This document shows positions 1 to 10,285 of a stretch of DNA of 64,000 nucleotides, piece by piece (the stretch's first letter is position 1; the number at the start of each line of letters is the position of its first letter). Where the stretch lies: positions 62,001 to 126,000 of the forward strand of contig NGBS01000296.1 of assembly GCA_002245135.1 (NCBI GenBank), read 5' to 3'. Made by a program: the position numbers and the translations under genes. The notes beneath the pieces were generated by a model. That model was given only the letters and a program-made list of their open reading frames with translations. It did not search any database and was not told where the DNA came from. The stretch comes from Proteromonas lacertae. Taxonomy: Eukaryota.

Positions 1-1
1 T

Positions 2-70
2 AATGTAATGTCTGGATATCCACCAGAATGTGTAAAGAGTTTGAAACTTAAATATTTAAAAGATTATTAA
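2..70 (+). CDS. 3' end of an upstream gene (partial, ...NVMSGYPPECVKSLKLKYLKDY*)
   Basis: Open frame from the window edge to TAA at 68-70, converging on the 118 stop; too short to identify. Confidence 0.3.
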   Translation, partial: NVMSGYPPECVKSLKLKYLKDY

Positions 71-117
71 AATTGTATCATTTTTAAATATAATAATGGA
101 ATATTAATATATATAAA

Positions 118-1881
118 TTATGAGAAATAAAAGTCCTTCTTCAGCACATATGTATAATTCTTTATTTTTTCTAGTTTTTCAAAAGTGATCTCTTTATTTA
201 TTTGTTTTTCTAACGAAAGCGTAAAACTAATTGTCAAATGATGTAGTCCAATATATACTGAGTAATTATCTTTAAACAACTTACAATAACATCTAAAACA
301 AATCCATTTGGTAGTATTAATGTATTTTATCTTATTGTTATTAATTATCGGAAAAGAATTTACTGTAGCATTTATTCCAAGAATTGAATGTGTATAATTC
401 ATTCCATTATCAGGATTAATAAAAACATCTTCATAATGATAAGGATTGTCTTGAATAATATACATCGTATTAATTACATACTTTAGTATATTTTTAATAA
501 ACAATGTAAATGGAGAGTTTAAATCATTATATTTTTTTATGTTACAATAGCTGCAATTTGCTAGATAATTAGACATAATTATATATTCAATTTTAATTAA
601 TGCTATATGATTAATCAAATTGATTGGATTACTGTATATAATATAGTTTATCCAATAATGAAAATAGATTAAATCATAATAGATTACATGCTTATTCTTT
701 AACAACGAAGGAATCCATTGTAATACATGTGAATCTCCCATAAATAGTATTATTTTATCAAATTTAGATAATGTGAATAACCTATAATTATTTTCTACAA
801 AACTCCAATGTTTTAAAGCACTTGATCTTGTTAAATACTTCTTTGAATGAGATATTATTCTTATTCTTCTTATAAAGTAATATATAATGTATGATTGAAA
901 CACAATAAAAATAATTAAAACCTGTAATGGTTTTAATCTACGAGTTAATGTGTTATTCTCTAAATAATAATAAGATATATATGATAATATAGTAGTAGAA
1001 AGAAATAACAAAACATTAACAATAGCTTTACCATTTTTGCATAAAAATAATAATGGATAATGTATTAAATAAGCTGAATATGATATCTTCCCAAAGAATT
1101 GATATATATTTGATGAAAGAATATCATTCGATTTGCATATCAAAATTGTAGAAGCTATTATCAAGAATATTGAATTAATTGGAAAAGGAAAATAAATACT
1201 CTTAGGGTTAATAAATAATACTAGGTAGATATATACTATTGCAGAAATGTTAGATATATTGTTATAATTTAAACGATAGTTAGAATTAAAAACAAGAATG
1301 CCAAACATAAACTCCCATAATCTTGAACTTATCAAATAATATACACTATTCAAATCCTTTCTAAAGAATAATGATGAATATATAATAGAATATAAAAAGA
1401 GTATTATTTCCATTAAATATTTCACTTTAATGCCTCGGTTCAGCAAAAATAATGAAAATATGAGATAATACTGTTCTTGTAAACAGAAATACCAATAATG
1501 TAAATTTATTGACATATCTAAAGAATCTCCAAAATAATTAACTGTTTTTTCATAAAAATGAATATTTGATCTACCTAAAAATGATGACAACAGATCTTTA
1601 TAAATTATTTCTAGCTTTGATTTGCTAATAAAAATATTACATAATATATAACACATAACCAACACAATATATCCAACTGGAATCATTCTTTTTATTCTGT
1701 TTATTAGGTAAAAATATATACTTGTTGATTTTGTAGAATATACTGAAAAATATCCGGATATTAGCATAAATATATCGACAGCAATAAAGCTGCATCTGAA
1801 TATATGAGGAAATGAATGATAAAAATAAATAAATAAAAAAGATAATCCTCTTAATCCATTAACATCATTTCTAATTTCCAT
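118..1881 (-). CDS. OafA/OatA-like O-acetyltransferase (Acyl_transf_3 + SGNH domain), copy 1
   Basis: RNDVNGLRG, VDIFMLISGY, RIKRMIP, LHYWYFCLQEQYY, RLWEF and GKISYSAYLIHYP in about 11 TM helices; GDSH in the C-terminal domain, whose DxxH reads GLHH. Intronless. Confidence 0.9.
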   Translation of the reverse strand: MEIRNDVNGLRGLSFLFIYFYHSFPHIFRCSFIAVDIFMLISGYFSVYSTKSTSIYFYLINRIKRMIPVGYIVLVMCYILCNIFISKSKLEIIYKDLLSSFLGRSNIHFYEKTVNYFGDSLDMSINLHYWYFCLQEQYYLIFSLFLLNRGIKVKYLMEIILFLYSIIYSSLFFRKDLNSVYYLISSRLWEFMFGILVFNSNYRLNYNNISNISAIVYIYLVLFINPKSIYFPFPINSIFLIIASTILICKSNDILSSNIYQFFGKISYSAYLIHYPLLFLCKNGKAIVNVLLFLSTTILSYISYYYLENNTLTRRLKPLQVLIIFIVFQSYIIYYFIRRIRIISHSKKYLTRSSALKHWSFVENNYRLFTLSKFDKIILFMGDSHVLQWIPSLLKNKHVIYYDLIYFHYWINYIIYSNPINLINHIALIKIEYIIMSNYLANCSYCNIKKYNDLNSPFTLFIKNILKYVINTMYIIQDNPYHYEDVFINPDNGMNYTHSILGINATVNSFPIINNNKIKYINTTKWICFRCYCKLFKDNYSVYIGLHHLTISFTLSLEKQINKEITFEKLEKIKNYTYVLKKDFYFS

Positions 1882-1903
1882 TTTAAATATTTATTATATA
1901 TCT

Positions 1904-3733
1904 TCAGTTAAATGATAAATTATGTATAATGAATTTAGAGAATTTATTATACAATATATTGTTATAAATGTAGCAATATGATATTCTATTTAATTCAATT
2001 AATGTATTCTCTTTCATTGGTAATTTAATACTATCATAAACATAATGTTTCAGTTTATACACAATACAATCTGTAAGATGAGTATTATCTCCATATACTT
2101 CTAATCCATCAATATACATTTGACATTTGTTATTTGAACAATAATGAGATGTAAGATTTATATATATGATGTTTTTTGCATTTATAATTGGTTGTATATC
2201 TAATGTACAATTAATATTAACAACACAGTAGAAATCCTTCTGATTTTTGTTAATTGAATAATAAACTAGAGGATTGTAATTTAAAGATGGATTATCTACA
2301 AATATTATCAATCTATTGGTGATATTAGAAATGTAGTAATTCATTAACACATAATTCTTTAAATAAACATTACTCCTCCACTTTGGACTGGACCAAAACC
2401 CTTCAAATACATACAACGGATTTCCTAGTATATCAATTACTTTTTTAACTATTAAATAGTTATTATCTAAAAAATAGTTTATCCAAAATACCAAAAAAAC
2501 AATTCTATACCCAGCAGATTTATATACAGGTAATAGGATTAAATTCCACTGTCTTAAATGAGAATCTCCAATTAATAGAATATATTTGTTATTCATTTTT
2601 TGTATTCTATTGCTCTTATTATAGAAAATACATTCTTCAGTTATTCTAAAATCTTGAATTGACATAATTGAGCATTTTGATATACTTAGTTTTTCTTTCT
2701 TATATTTTAATAATGATTTTATTTGTAGATATGAAATTATTATTATACTGATTGAGCTGAAAACATATACAGTAATATTTCTTACATTTAATTTTACACA
2801 AGTATTTTCTATTGTATAATAACACACTATTGCTATAACCATTACTGCTACTATAGATATTTTTGGTTTATAGGTTATTAAGGGATAATGGATTATATAA
2901 AATGAATATGATAATGATCCAAAGAATTGAAATATTCTAACTGATAATAATGAACTATTCTTTGGCTCTTGAAATAGCATTAAAAATGAGGTTGTCAAAG
3001 GCAAAATCATCTTATAATTAGGATAATCACCGAAAGAACATATATAACTGCTAAAAATCCACATTATTGCAATTAGACAATCATATAAAAACTGATATGG
3101 AATAATATTACCATAGTGAATAATATTTAGATATGATCCAAAAATTAATTCACATAATCTTACTTCAAATGAATAATATGAATAATTGACATTTTTATAA
3201 CATATAAATAATGATAATATGAATGATGCAACAAACAAAGCTAATATTGAATACTTCACATAGTAACTAAATAATAATCTTATAACTAATGGCCATATTA
3301 AATAAAATTGATTTTCAACAGATAATGACCAAAAATGTAATAAAGGCGAGTAATTGAGTGAGCTTGATTGTTCTAAATAGTTTACTGAAATGTAATAATA
3401 ATAGTAATTTGCATAAGAATATAAACATGATAATATTTCTTTTGATCTTTTATATGAAATATATGGATTTGTTGATGATAAAATATATATTACTATTAAC
3501 ACTAAGTTTGACATTGGCTGTAATCTTAGTATTCTACCTTTAAAAAAAGATAAATAGTAATTCTCTTTTTTCATTCTTCTTATTAAGCTTCCTGTGATAA
3601 AATATCCAGATAATGTAAAGAAAATATCAACGCCAATAAATCCACCTTTAAAAAATGTATTTTTTTGGTGAAAATAAAAAACAAAAATCATAGCAAAAAA
3701 TCTAACAGATTGTAAATCATCACGATAATTCAT
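1904..3733 (-). CDS. OafA-like AT3-SGNH O-acetyltransferase, copy 2
   Basis: ATG at 3733 (MNYRDDLQSVR); GGFIGVDIFFTLSGY, RILRLQP, PLLHFWSLSVENQFYLIWP, GDSH, DNTH. Intronless. Confidence 0.92.
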   Translation of the reverse strand: MNYRDDLQSVRFFAMIFVFYFHQKNTFFKGGFIGVDIFFTLSGYFITGSLIRRMKKENYYLSFFKGRILRLQPMSNLVLIVIYILSSTNPYISYKRSKEILSCLYSYANYYYYYISVNYLEQSSSLNYSPLLHFWSLSVENQFYLIWPLVIRLLFSYYVKYSILALFVASFILSLFICYKNVNYSYYSFEVRLCELIFGSYLNIIHYGNIIPYQFLYDCLIAIMWIFSSYICSFGDYPNYKMILPLTTSFLMLFQEPKNSSLLSVRIFQFFGSLSYSFYIIHYPLITYKPKISIVAVMVIAIVCYYTIENTCVKLNVRNITVYVFSSISIIIISYLQIKSLLKYKKEKLSISKCSIMSIQDFRITEECIFYNKSNRIQKMNNKYILLIGDSHLRQWNLILLPVYKSAGYRIVFLVFWINYFLDNNYLIVKKVIDILGNPLYVFEGFWSSPKWRSNVYLKNYVLMNYYISNITNRLIIFVDNPSLNYNPLVYYSINKNQKDFYCVVNINCTLDIQPIINAKNIIYINLTSHYCSNNKCQMYIDGLEVYGDNTHLTDCIVYKLKHYVYDSIKLPMKENTLIELNRISYCYIYNNILYNKFSKFIIHNLSFN

Positions 3734-4441
3734 TGAAAAAACACATAAAATATAGATGTTTAAAGTTGTTATATTTTCTACCTTAATGTACAATATCAAT
3801 TCTTATATACTATCAATCACATAATTATAGTTTATCCTGACAAATTTAGTTATATTTAACCTCTCAAAGTATAATACTAAATCCATTTGCTAATTTTCAT
3901 TCAACAATTGAATAGAATTTGCCATTCTTTTACATGATTCACTTTACATATACTAAAAAAAATGTTTGCTCTTCTACATTTTGAAACAATAAGAACTATG
4001 AGCCTTGTAGAAAATATCAAGCTAGAATATTATTAAAACTGAGTGTATCTTATCTACTATAATGAAAAATGACTATTACCATCATAATAACGAAATGAAA
4101 AAATAAATTCAAGCAAAAAGCTTGTGTATTTCATTCTCAATTACTGATTTAAAATGAATCAGTAGTATACAACAATATTATTTTTACTGCTATCATGTTA
4201 AAAATAATTACATAAACAGTATAATATAGTTAAAACAAAGATACAAATAATGACAACTATCTCTTCTATTAATATTAAATTCAATATAAAAATATATTCA
4301 AACTATTTTAAATATTTTGCTCATGATGATTAGAAGAATAAACATTTATAATTATCTTGCATTAGTAGTTTCATTATAAAAAGAGTTAGTTATTCATAAA
4401 AGTATATAATAAATAATATATGACTACATAATTAATTACTT

Positions 4442-6634
4442 TTATACAAAAAATAAACATCTTTTTCCCATTAAATCATCATCTAGATGATATATACTAT
4501 TATTCTGTAATGTCTTTGAATTTTTTACTTTCAAATATATATCAGGATTTCTTTCCATTATACCACTAAAATTGTAATATTCTTTAAACTTTTTCATTAT
4601 AATTACCCTTTCATTATTCTGAAAGTGACTCAAAGCAGATAAATCACTACAAGCACACAGTGAAGGTTTGTAAGGTATAATTTTAGGTAAAGGACATTTT
4701 GGAACTTTTGTGCTGATATTGTAATACTTCCATAATACTATACTAATCCAAGCATCTTCACAATTCAACAATGAAGGAGGAGGATGTTGCCATGCCTTTT
4801 TTAACCAATCAATCCTTCCAGCCCAAATATGACCTCCAAAATCATATTTTAAATCTTCTTCCCATGTAAAGTATCCTCTTATAAAAGTGTCAGTATATGC
4901 TTCTAATCCATTGCTATCAATATATCTTCCATTTCTAGTTGCTAAATTGCCTTCATCAACTACTCTCAGCATGTTTTCAAAGTATTCTGATCCAAATAAT
5001 ATATCATCATCACATATTATAAAATATGAATCACTATTGGAATAAGTTAAAGGAGATAAAAATCTTCCATAATATCCAGTCTCATAACCAGTCTGAACAA
5101 ATATTACATCAAGATTTGTATTATTTTTTTTCCATTCATTTAGTTCATTTTCTATAGTTATGTGTTTATAGTTTTGATATACTAAGATTGATGCTTTCAT
5201 CCATTTTAATATCGATTGTGATTTTATCAATTCAAGCTGCATTAATAAATTGTTTCTTTTCCACACAGTAACAACAATTATTACACAATCATATATAAAA
5301 TGTTTTGTTTCTTCTCTAATATTATTTTTTAATATATTGATTATTTGCTTTGCAGCTGTCCCATTTCCATAAATATTAGGATTCTTTATCATTGATTCAT
5401 AAACATTTCGATTAATCAATAATTCTTCAACAGAGTGATATATATTTCCATAATTTGTCCCTACTAATTTAGCTGATTTACATAATACTCCTTCCATTCT
5501 CTCAGTGCTATTTCTTAAAATTAATATTGGCTTTTGAAGATAAACTGCTTCTTCTTGAATTCCTCCAGAATCTGTTAGTATAATATATGACTGATTTAGT
5601 AAATACACTAGAGAAAAATAACTTAATGGTTCAACTATTTTTAATCTATTTAGATGTAAATAACTATTACTATCTATATTTTTGCTTTTTAATATATTCT
5701 TTAAAATATGTGAAGGTAATGTTTGTTTTAAACATAACATCACATTGGGATTGAGATGTAAAGGATATATAACTGCTATATGCTCATAATTCTTTATTAT
5801 ATCATACACTGCTTTCATCACATTAGCAAATGGACTTCCATAATTCTCTCTTCTATGAATTGTTAATAATATAATATGTTTAATTGATTTATCAGAGAGA
5901 ACTGATTTTATAATCATCTTTGTGTTTTTTACATTATTATTATTGTGGATAATATCAATAGAACTTTTTAATGTATCAATTACTGTATTACCAACAATAT
6001 ACACCGATGATGTTTCTCTCTTCTCCTGAAATAAATTATTTGCTGATAATTTAGTTGGACAAAAATTATATGTAGCTATATTACTAATTGTTTGTCTATT
6101 CAATTCTTCAGGAAAAGGAAAATATATTCTTCTTGTTCTTAATCCTGCTTCTATATGAGCAACAGGCACTTTATGGTAAAATGAACATAATGCTGCGATT
6201 AATGAGGTTGTTGTATCTCCTTGAACTATAGTCAAATCCGGTGTTTCGTCTTTATAAACTGATTCTAATTGAAAAAATAAATTGGAGGATAATAAAGAGA
6301 GTGTTTGTTTTTTTTTCATAACTTTTAAAGAAATATCAGGAACTATGTGAAAATCGTATAATATTTGTTTTACCATTTCTTCTTGTTGATAAGTACAAAT
6401 TATTTTAAATGAAAAACTATTTCTATCATTCTTCAATTCTTGAATAATTGGATATAATTTAATTACTTCTGGTCTTGTACCTAAGACAAAATATATTAAT
6501 TTTGTTGTTCTATTACCATAATAATTATGCTTATCTCCTCCTTTATCTCTTCTATATATCATAGAATTAAAAAGACATAAAAGGCAAATGATAATCAAGT
6601 TAAATGACAAAATATTGTTTTTATTATAATCCAT
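4442..6634 (-). CDS. wecB: Signal-anchored fusion: non-hydrolysing UDP-GlcNAc 2-epimerase (WecB-type) + C-terminal GT-A glycosyltransferase
   Basis: N-terminal hydrophobic helix; GTRPEVIK, QGDTTT, HIEAGLR, PFPEELNR, HRREN, TDSGGIQEE, NIYGNG; then VTVWKR...YFIICDDDILFG...DFGGHIW...CEDAWIS (DxD-type GT-A). Single intronless ORF. Confidence 0.88.
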   Translation of the reverse strand: MDYNKNNILSFNLIIICLLCLFNSMIYRRDKGGDKHNYYGNRTTKLIYFVLGTRPEVIKLYPIIQELKNDRNSFSFKIICTYQQEEMVKQILYDFHIVPDISLKVMKKKQTLSLLSSNLFFQLESVYKDETPDLTIVQGDTTTSLIAALCSFYHKVPVAHIEAGLRTRRIYFPFPEELNRQTISNIATYNFCPTKLSANNLFQEKRETSSVYIVGNTVIDTLKSSIDIIHNNNNVKNTKMIIKSVLSDKSIKHIILLTIHRRENYGSPFANVMKAVYDIIKNYEHIAVIYPLHLNPNVMLCLKQTLPSHILKNILKSKNIDSNSYLHLNRLKIVEPLSYFSLVYLLNQSYIILTDSGGIQEEAVYLQKPILILRNSTERMEGVLCKSAKLVGTNYGNIYHSVEELLINRNVYESMIKNPNIYGNGTAAKQIINILKNNIREETKHFIYDCVIIVVTVWKRNNLLMQLELIKSQSILKWMKASILVYQNYKHITIENELNEWKKNNTNLDVIFVQTGYETGYYGRFLSPLTYSNSDSYFIICDDDILFGSEYFENMLRVVDEGNLATRNGRYIDSNGLEAYTDTFIRGYFTWEEDLKYDFGGHIWAGRIDWLKKAWQHPPPSLLNCEDAWISIVLWKYYNISTKVPKCPLPKIIPYKPSLCACSDLSALSHFQNNERVIIMKKFKEYYNFSGIMERNPDIYLKVKNSKTLQNNSIYHLDDDLMGKRCLFFV

Positions 6635-6649
6635 CTATATCTATATAAG

Positions 6650-7480
6650 ATGTATTGTTATCTTTTAATTGTGATTATATTTATTTTATTTCTTTTATAT
6701 CACTATTATGCTGCCAAAGTAAGTATATATGAAAGTAATATTTACTCCTCAAAAACTTTCTTTCAAATGTGGTATGAAATAGCTGAACAAATGGCTGATA
6801 TAAAAAGTAGCATATCTATCAGTAGATATGCTGATGCTGAATATTTTATAATGACAGGTAAACCATTTTCAGGACTTGATCACCTTATTTATAAAGGAGG
6901 TGAAGGTATACTTAGAAAAGAATTATACATATCGCTTAATACTTCTACTAATGGTAATTGTTATTTTGGAGTATGGTATGATCATTTGTATGAATTTTTG
7001 AATTGGAGCAATCATAATCCCAAATATATTACTACTGCAAATATATTTGTTAATAATAACTACCCAAAAACAAAATTATTATTAGAATCAATAATACATG
7101 ATGAGAATAATAGAATTATTTTATTGTGTAATATTGAAGGAATACATACTTCATTTGCTGAAGAAGTATATTATTTTCCTCATGATATTGTTCAATTTTA
7201 TGAAAAAAATCATGATGAGATAGTTAAAAATGCTACAACATTAGCAAAAAAATATAATCATCGTTTGTTTATGATATCAATTGGACCAGTTGCTTCAGTG
7301 TTAATATATTATATGAGACAAGCAAATATAAATAATCGATATGTTGATTTTGGATCATCAATTGATTTTATAACAAAAGGAAAAACTAACAGAGGATATG
7401 CAGATCCTAATAGCTATTATGGAAAATATATTGATCCTTCATTTGTGATATATGCGAATAAATCTATAATGTTTAAGTAA
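6650..7480 (+). CDS. Type II membrane GT-D fold (DUF1792-like) glycosyltransferase
   Basis: N-terminal TM; SISRYADAE, IGPVASVL and VDFGSSID resemble the GT-D motifs S-x-x-R-F-G-D-G-E, GPTA and IDIG. Confidence 0.65.
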   Translation: MYCYLLIVIIFILFLLYHYYAAKVSIYESNIYSSKTFFQMWYEIAEQMADIKSSISISRYADAEYFIMTGKPFSGLDHLIYKGGEGILRKELYISLNTSTNGNCYFGVWYDHLYEFLNWSNHNPKYITTANIFVNNNYPKTKLLLESIIHDENNRIILLCNIEGIHTSFAEEVYYFPHDIVQFYEKNHDEIVKNATTLAKKYNHRLFMISIGPVASVLIYYMRQANINNRYVDFGSSIDFITKGKTNRGYADPNSYYGKYIDPSFVIYANKSIMFK

Positions 7481-7591
7481 TTATTTAACCTTGTTAAAAT
7501 TCTAGACTAGAATATATAAATCATGTTAAATATATTCTATTTACTATAATGGAAAATTCATACATGTTAAATGTTTTTACTATTTACTGAT

Positions 7592-8368
7592 TTAATACAT
7601 ATATTTGTTACACAAACCTGATCTTGATGTTGAATAGCCTATATGATAGAAAACGTGTTCATCAATCGCGTTAGGCTTTATTATACACCCTGAGTTGTTA
7701 AAGAGAGCTAATTTATATCCTTGATTATAAAACCATTGACCAGTATATAATTCATTTTCGTATTCTTCTAATAGTTTCAACACTGATGTTTTATAAACTG
7801 AAGGACCATTTATATATGACATATTGCACGATGGTTTATCAATAATAAACAATTCCATATATTTAAAATTCGCATTTACATGTATTTTTTTGATTGAAGA
7901 AATTGGAAAGTCTCTTAACACTATTCCTACTACATAATCAATTTTTTTTATTAATCGAATGGATAATGTTATAAAATTCTTATATTTTAGTTTATAAAAA
8001 TTTGGTTTATCTATTACCCAATCATCTTCTAATATTAACACAAAACTAGTTGGATAATATGAAAAAGATAAAAGAAATGAATATGCATAACCCATTGGAT
8101 TTAAAAAAAATACATTCATAAGTTTATATTGCTTTATGAATATATTTCTGGTAGGAGTTCCTTGATCATACCAAATGATGTTATAAACACAATCTTTGTC
8201 ATAATTATATATATGATAGAATATAGAAGCTATAGTTCTATTGAGATAATCTGGTCTATTACAGGAATAGATGTTTATATGATATGATAAGAATAAGCTT
8301 ATTCTATAATAATATATAATAGAAAATAAAACAATTACAAAAACAATGTAAGAAAATAAATAGAACAA
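7592..8368 (-). CDS. Type II membrane GT-A (GT2-like) glycosyltransferase; no in-frame ATG before the anchor
   Basis: N-terminal TM, SCNRPDYLNRTI, VLILEDDW, C-terminal HIG. ORF opens at TTG 8368; start uncertain. Confidence 0.7.
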   Translation of the reverse strand: MFYLFSYIVFVIVLFSIIYYYRISLFLSYHINIYSCNRPDYLNRTIASIFYHIYNYDKDCVYNIIWYDQGTPTRNIFIKQYKLMNVFFLNPMGYAYSFLLSFSYYPTSFVLILEDDWVIDKPNFYKLKYKNFITLSIRLIKKIDYVVGIVLRDFPISSIKKIHVNANFKYMELFIIDKPSCNMSYINGPSVYKTSVLKLLEEYENELYTGQWFYNQGYKLALFNNSGCIIKPNAIDEHVFYHIGYSTSRSGLCNKYMY

Positions 8369-8407
8369 AATATGTCACAAATATAATGGCAAATTAGGTT
8401 GATTGAA

Positions 8408-10210
8408 TTATTTGATTATATCCTCCAAAACTTTATTATAATTTGTTACTGATTCAAATCCATACCTATAAATAGTATAAGTATTATTTCTATCAATTAT
8501 TGACATATTCAATTGTTTTGAAAAATCTTCAAGTAATTTGATTGTTATATGAGGTAAAATATGATTATCATCTTTATATAATGATCTTCCATTTATAAAT
8601 ACATCACAATCATTCTGACAAAACCACTTATTCACAAAAACATATTTGACATGAGAGTAATTCAATAATGGAAATTGATTCCATGTTGCATTTACACCTA
8701 ATTTTGCTTTAACATTGTATATGTTGTTCAAAGTGAATGGTTCAAACAACAAAAATGGAGTATCTTGAATAACATAAACATGATTTGAATATTTATATAT
8801 TTCTTTCAAATAAATAGGCCATTTTTCTTTTACAACTTCTTCTTTGATATGCCAATGATTATAATCCAATGAATGAGATAAAAATATATTATAAATTCTT
8901 CCTGTATAACTGAATATCTTTGATAATGTAGAAAAATCAATCGAAAGAATAGAAGAAATATACATATTGAAGTATATTATCTTTCTTGTTGGAGATAAAT
9001 CCAATCTCAAAAATATAGGAAACCATTGAAGAATATGAGAATCACCAATAAAAAATGTGCCATTAAAATTCTTCAATTTTGATGAATCTCCACACCACAT
9101 GTATGTTCTATCAAGTGTAATCCATTCTAATCTTGCTTCTTCCATCTTTTGGGTTATATTCAATTCACTATTAAATTCTAACTGAAATTCTGTATATCTA
9201 ACTGATATTATAACCAAAATAATAACTCCAATCACAATTGTGAGAATTGTATATGTTTTTAATTGTATTTTGTTTATTGGTCTTTCTATCATGTAATGCA
9301 ATAGCAAGGTTGAAAGGAATATCATTATATAGTTGATTGATAATGAATATTCTGATAATTTCAATATAGGATAGTGAACTAAATACAATGAAAATGATAT
9401 ATTTCCAATAAACACAAGTAATGAAAAATTAAAAACATTACTCTTCTCATTTGCCATTAAATACAGACAAACCAACATTGTTGGTAGAATAGACATAATT
9501 CCAGGATATGTAATGATTTGAGTATTATATAAATACATACAAATCATTATTCCTATCATTGAAACATATTTCACAATGCGGGATAATCTGTAGTTTAAAA
9601 TACTACAAAACATTCCACAAATAAATTCCCATAATCTTGATTCTATTGAAAAATATGAATAACTATGATTGGAGTAAGTGGTTAAACAACAAATTATAAA
9701 GGATAAGAACAACATCATCAACAAAACATTATTCAATATTTTTGCACTGAATATATTATAAATAAATAAAAAGATGATGAAAAAATGCCATTCTATTGAT
9801 AAAGACCAATAATGAAGAATATATGATTGTATAGTTGGAGAGTAATAATCTAACACTTTCATGTAAAATTTAATATTCAACACTTGAAGAACTGCACATT
9901 GAATATCATTAATAAATTCTTTTCTATATATTTCTGGTATTATGTTGATAAATATTAGTAAAACAACTAACACAAAATATGAAGCTGGTAATAATCTTTT
10001 ACATCTTTTTGATATATTAATTATAAAACTATTCAGTCTTTTCAAGCTTGGCAATATTAGAAAACCTGAAATAATATAGAAAATATCAACACCCAAATAA
10101 CCTCCAGGCAAATATTCTTCATTTGTATGATATACTAAAACAGCTAAACAAGCAATTCCTCTTAAAAATTGAATATCATATCTAAATAATGTATTTGACA
10201 AATGTTTCAT
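8408..10210 (-). CDS. OafA-like AT3-SGNH O-acetyltransferase, copy 3
   Basis: ATG at 10210; FRYDIQFLRGIA, GGYLGVDIFYIISGF, RCKRLLP, LHYWSLSIEWHF, GDSH, DDNH. Intronless. Confidence 0.92.
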   Translation of the reverse strand: MKHLSNTLFRYDIQFLRGIACLAVLVYHTNEEYLPGGYLGVDIFYIISGFLILPSLKRLNSFIINISKRCKRLLPASYFVLVVLLIFINIIPEIYRKEFINDIQCAVLQVLNIKFYMKVLDYYSPTIQSYILHYWSLSIEWHFFIIFLFIYNIFSAKILNNVLLMMLFLSFIICCLTTYSNHSYSYFSIESRLWEFICGMFCSILNYRLSRIVKYVSMIGIMICMYLYNTQIITYPGIMSILPTMLVCLYLMANEKSNVFNFSLLVFIGNISFSLYLVHYPILKLSEYSLSINYIMIFLSTLLLHYMIERPINKIQLKTYTILTIVIGVIILVIISVRYTEFQLEFNSELNITQKMEEARLEWITLDRTYMWCGDSSKLKNFNGTFFIGDSHILQWFPIFLRLDLSPTRKIIYFNMYISSILSIDFSTLSKIFSYTGRIYNIFLSHSLDYNHWHIKEEVVKEKWPIYLKEIYKYSNHVYVIQDTPFLLFEPFTLNNIYNVKAKLGVNATWNQFPLLNYSHVKYVFVNKWFCQNDCDVFINGRSLYKDDNHILPHITIKLLEDFSKQLNMSIIDRNNTYTIYRYGFESVTNYNKVLEDIIK

Positions 10211-10285
10211 TATAAACAACTATTATACAAAATAAATATTGAAAATTTAAATCTAAAGAACTAAAATAAATTATTATAAATTATT

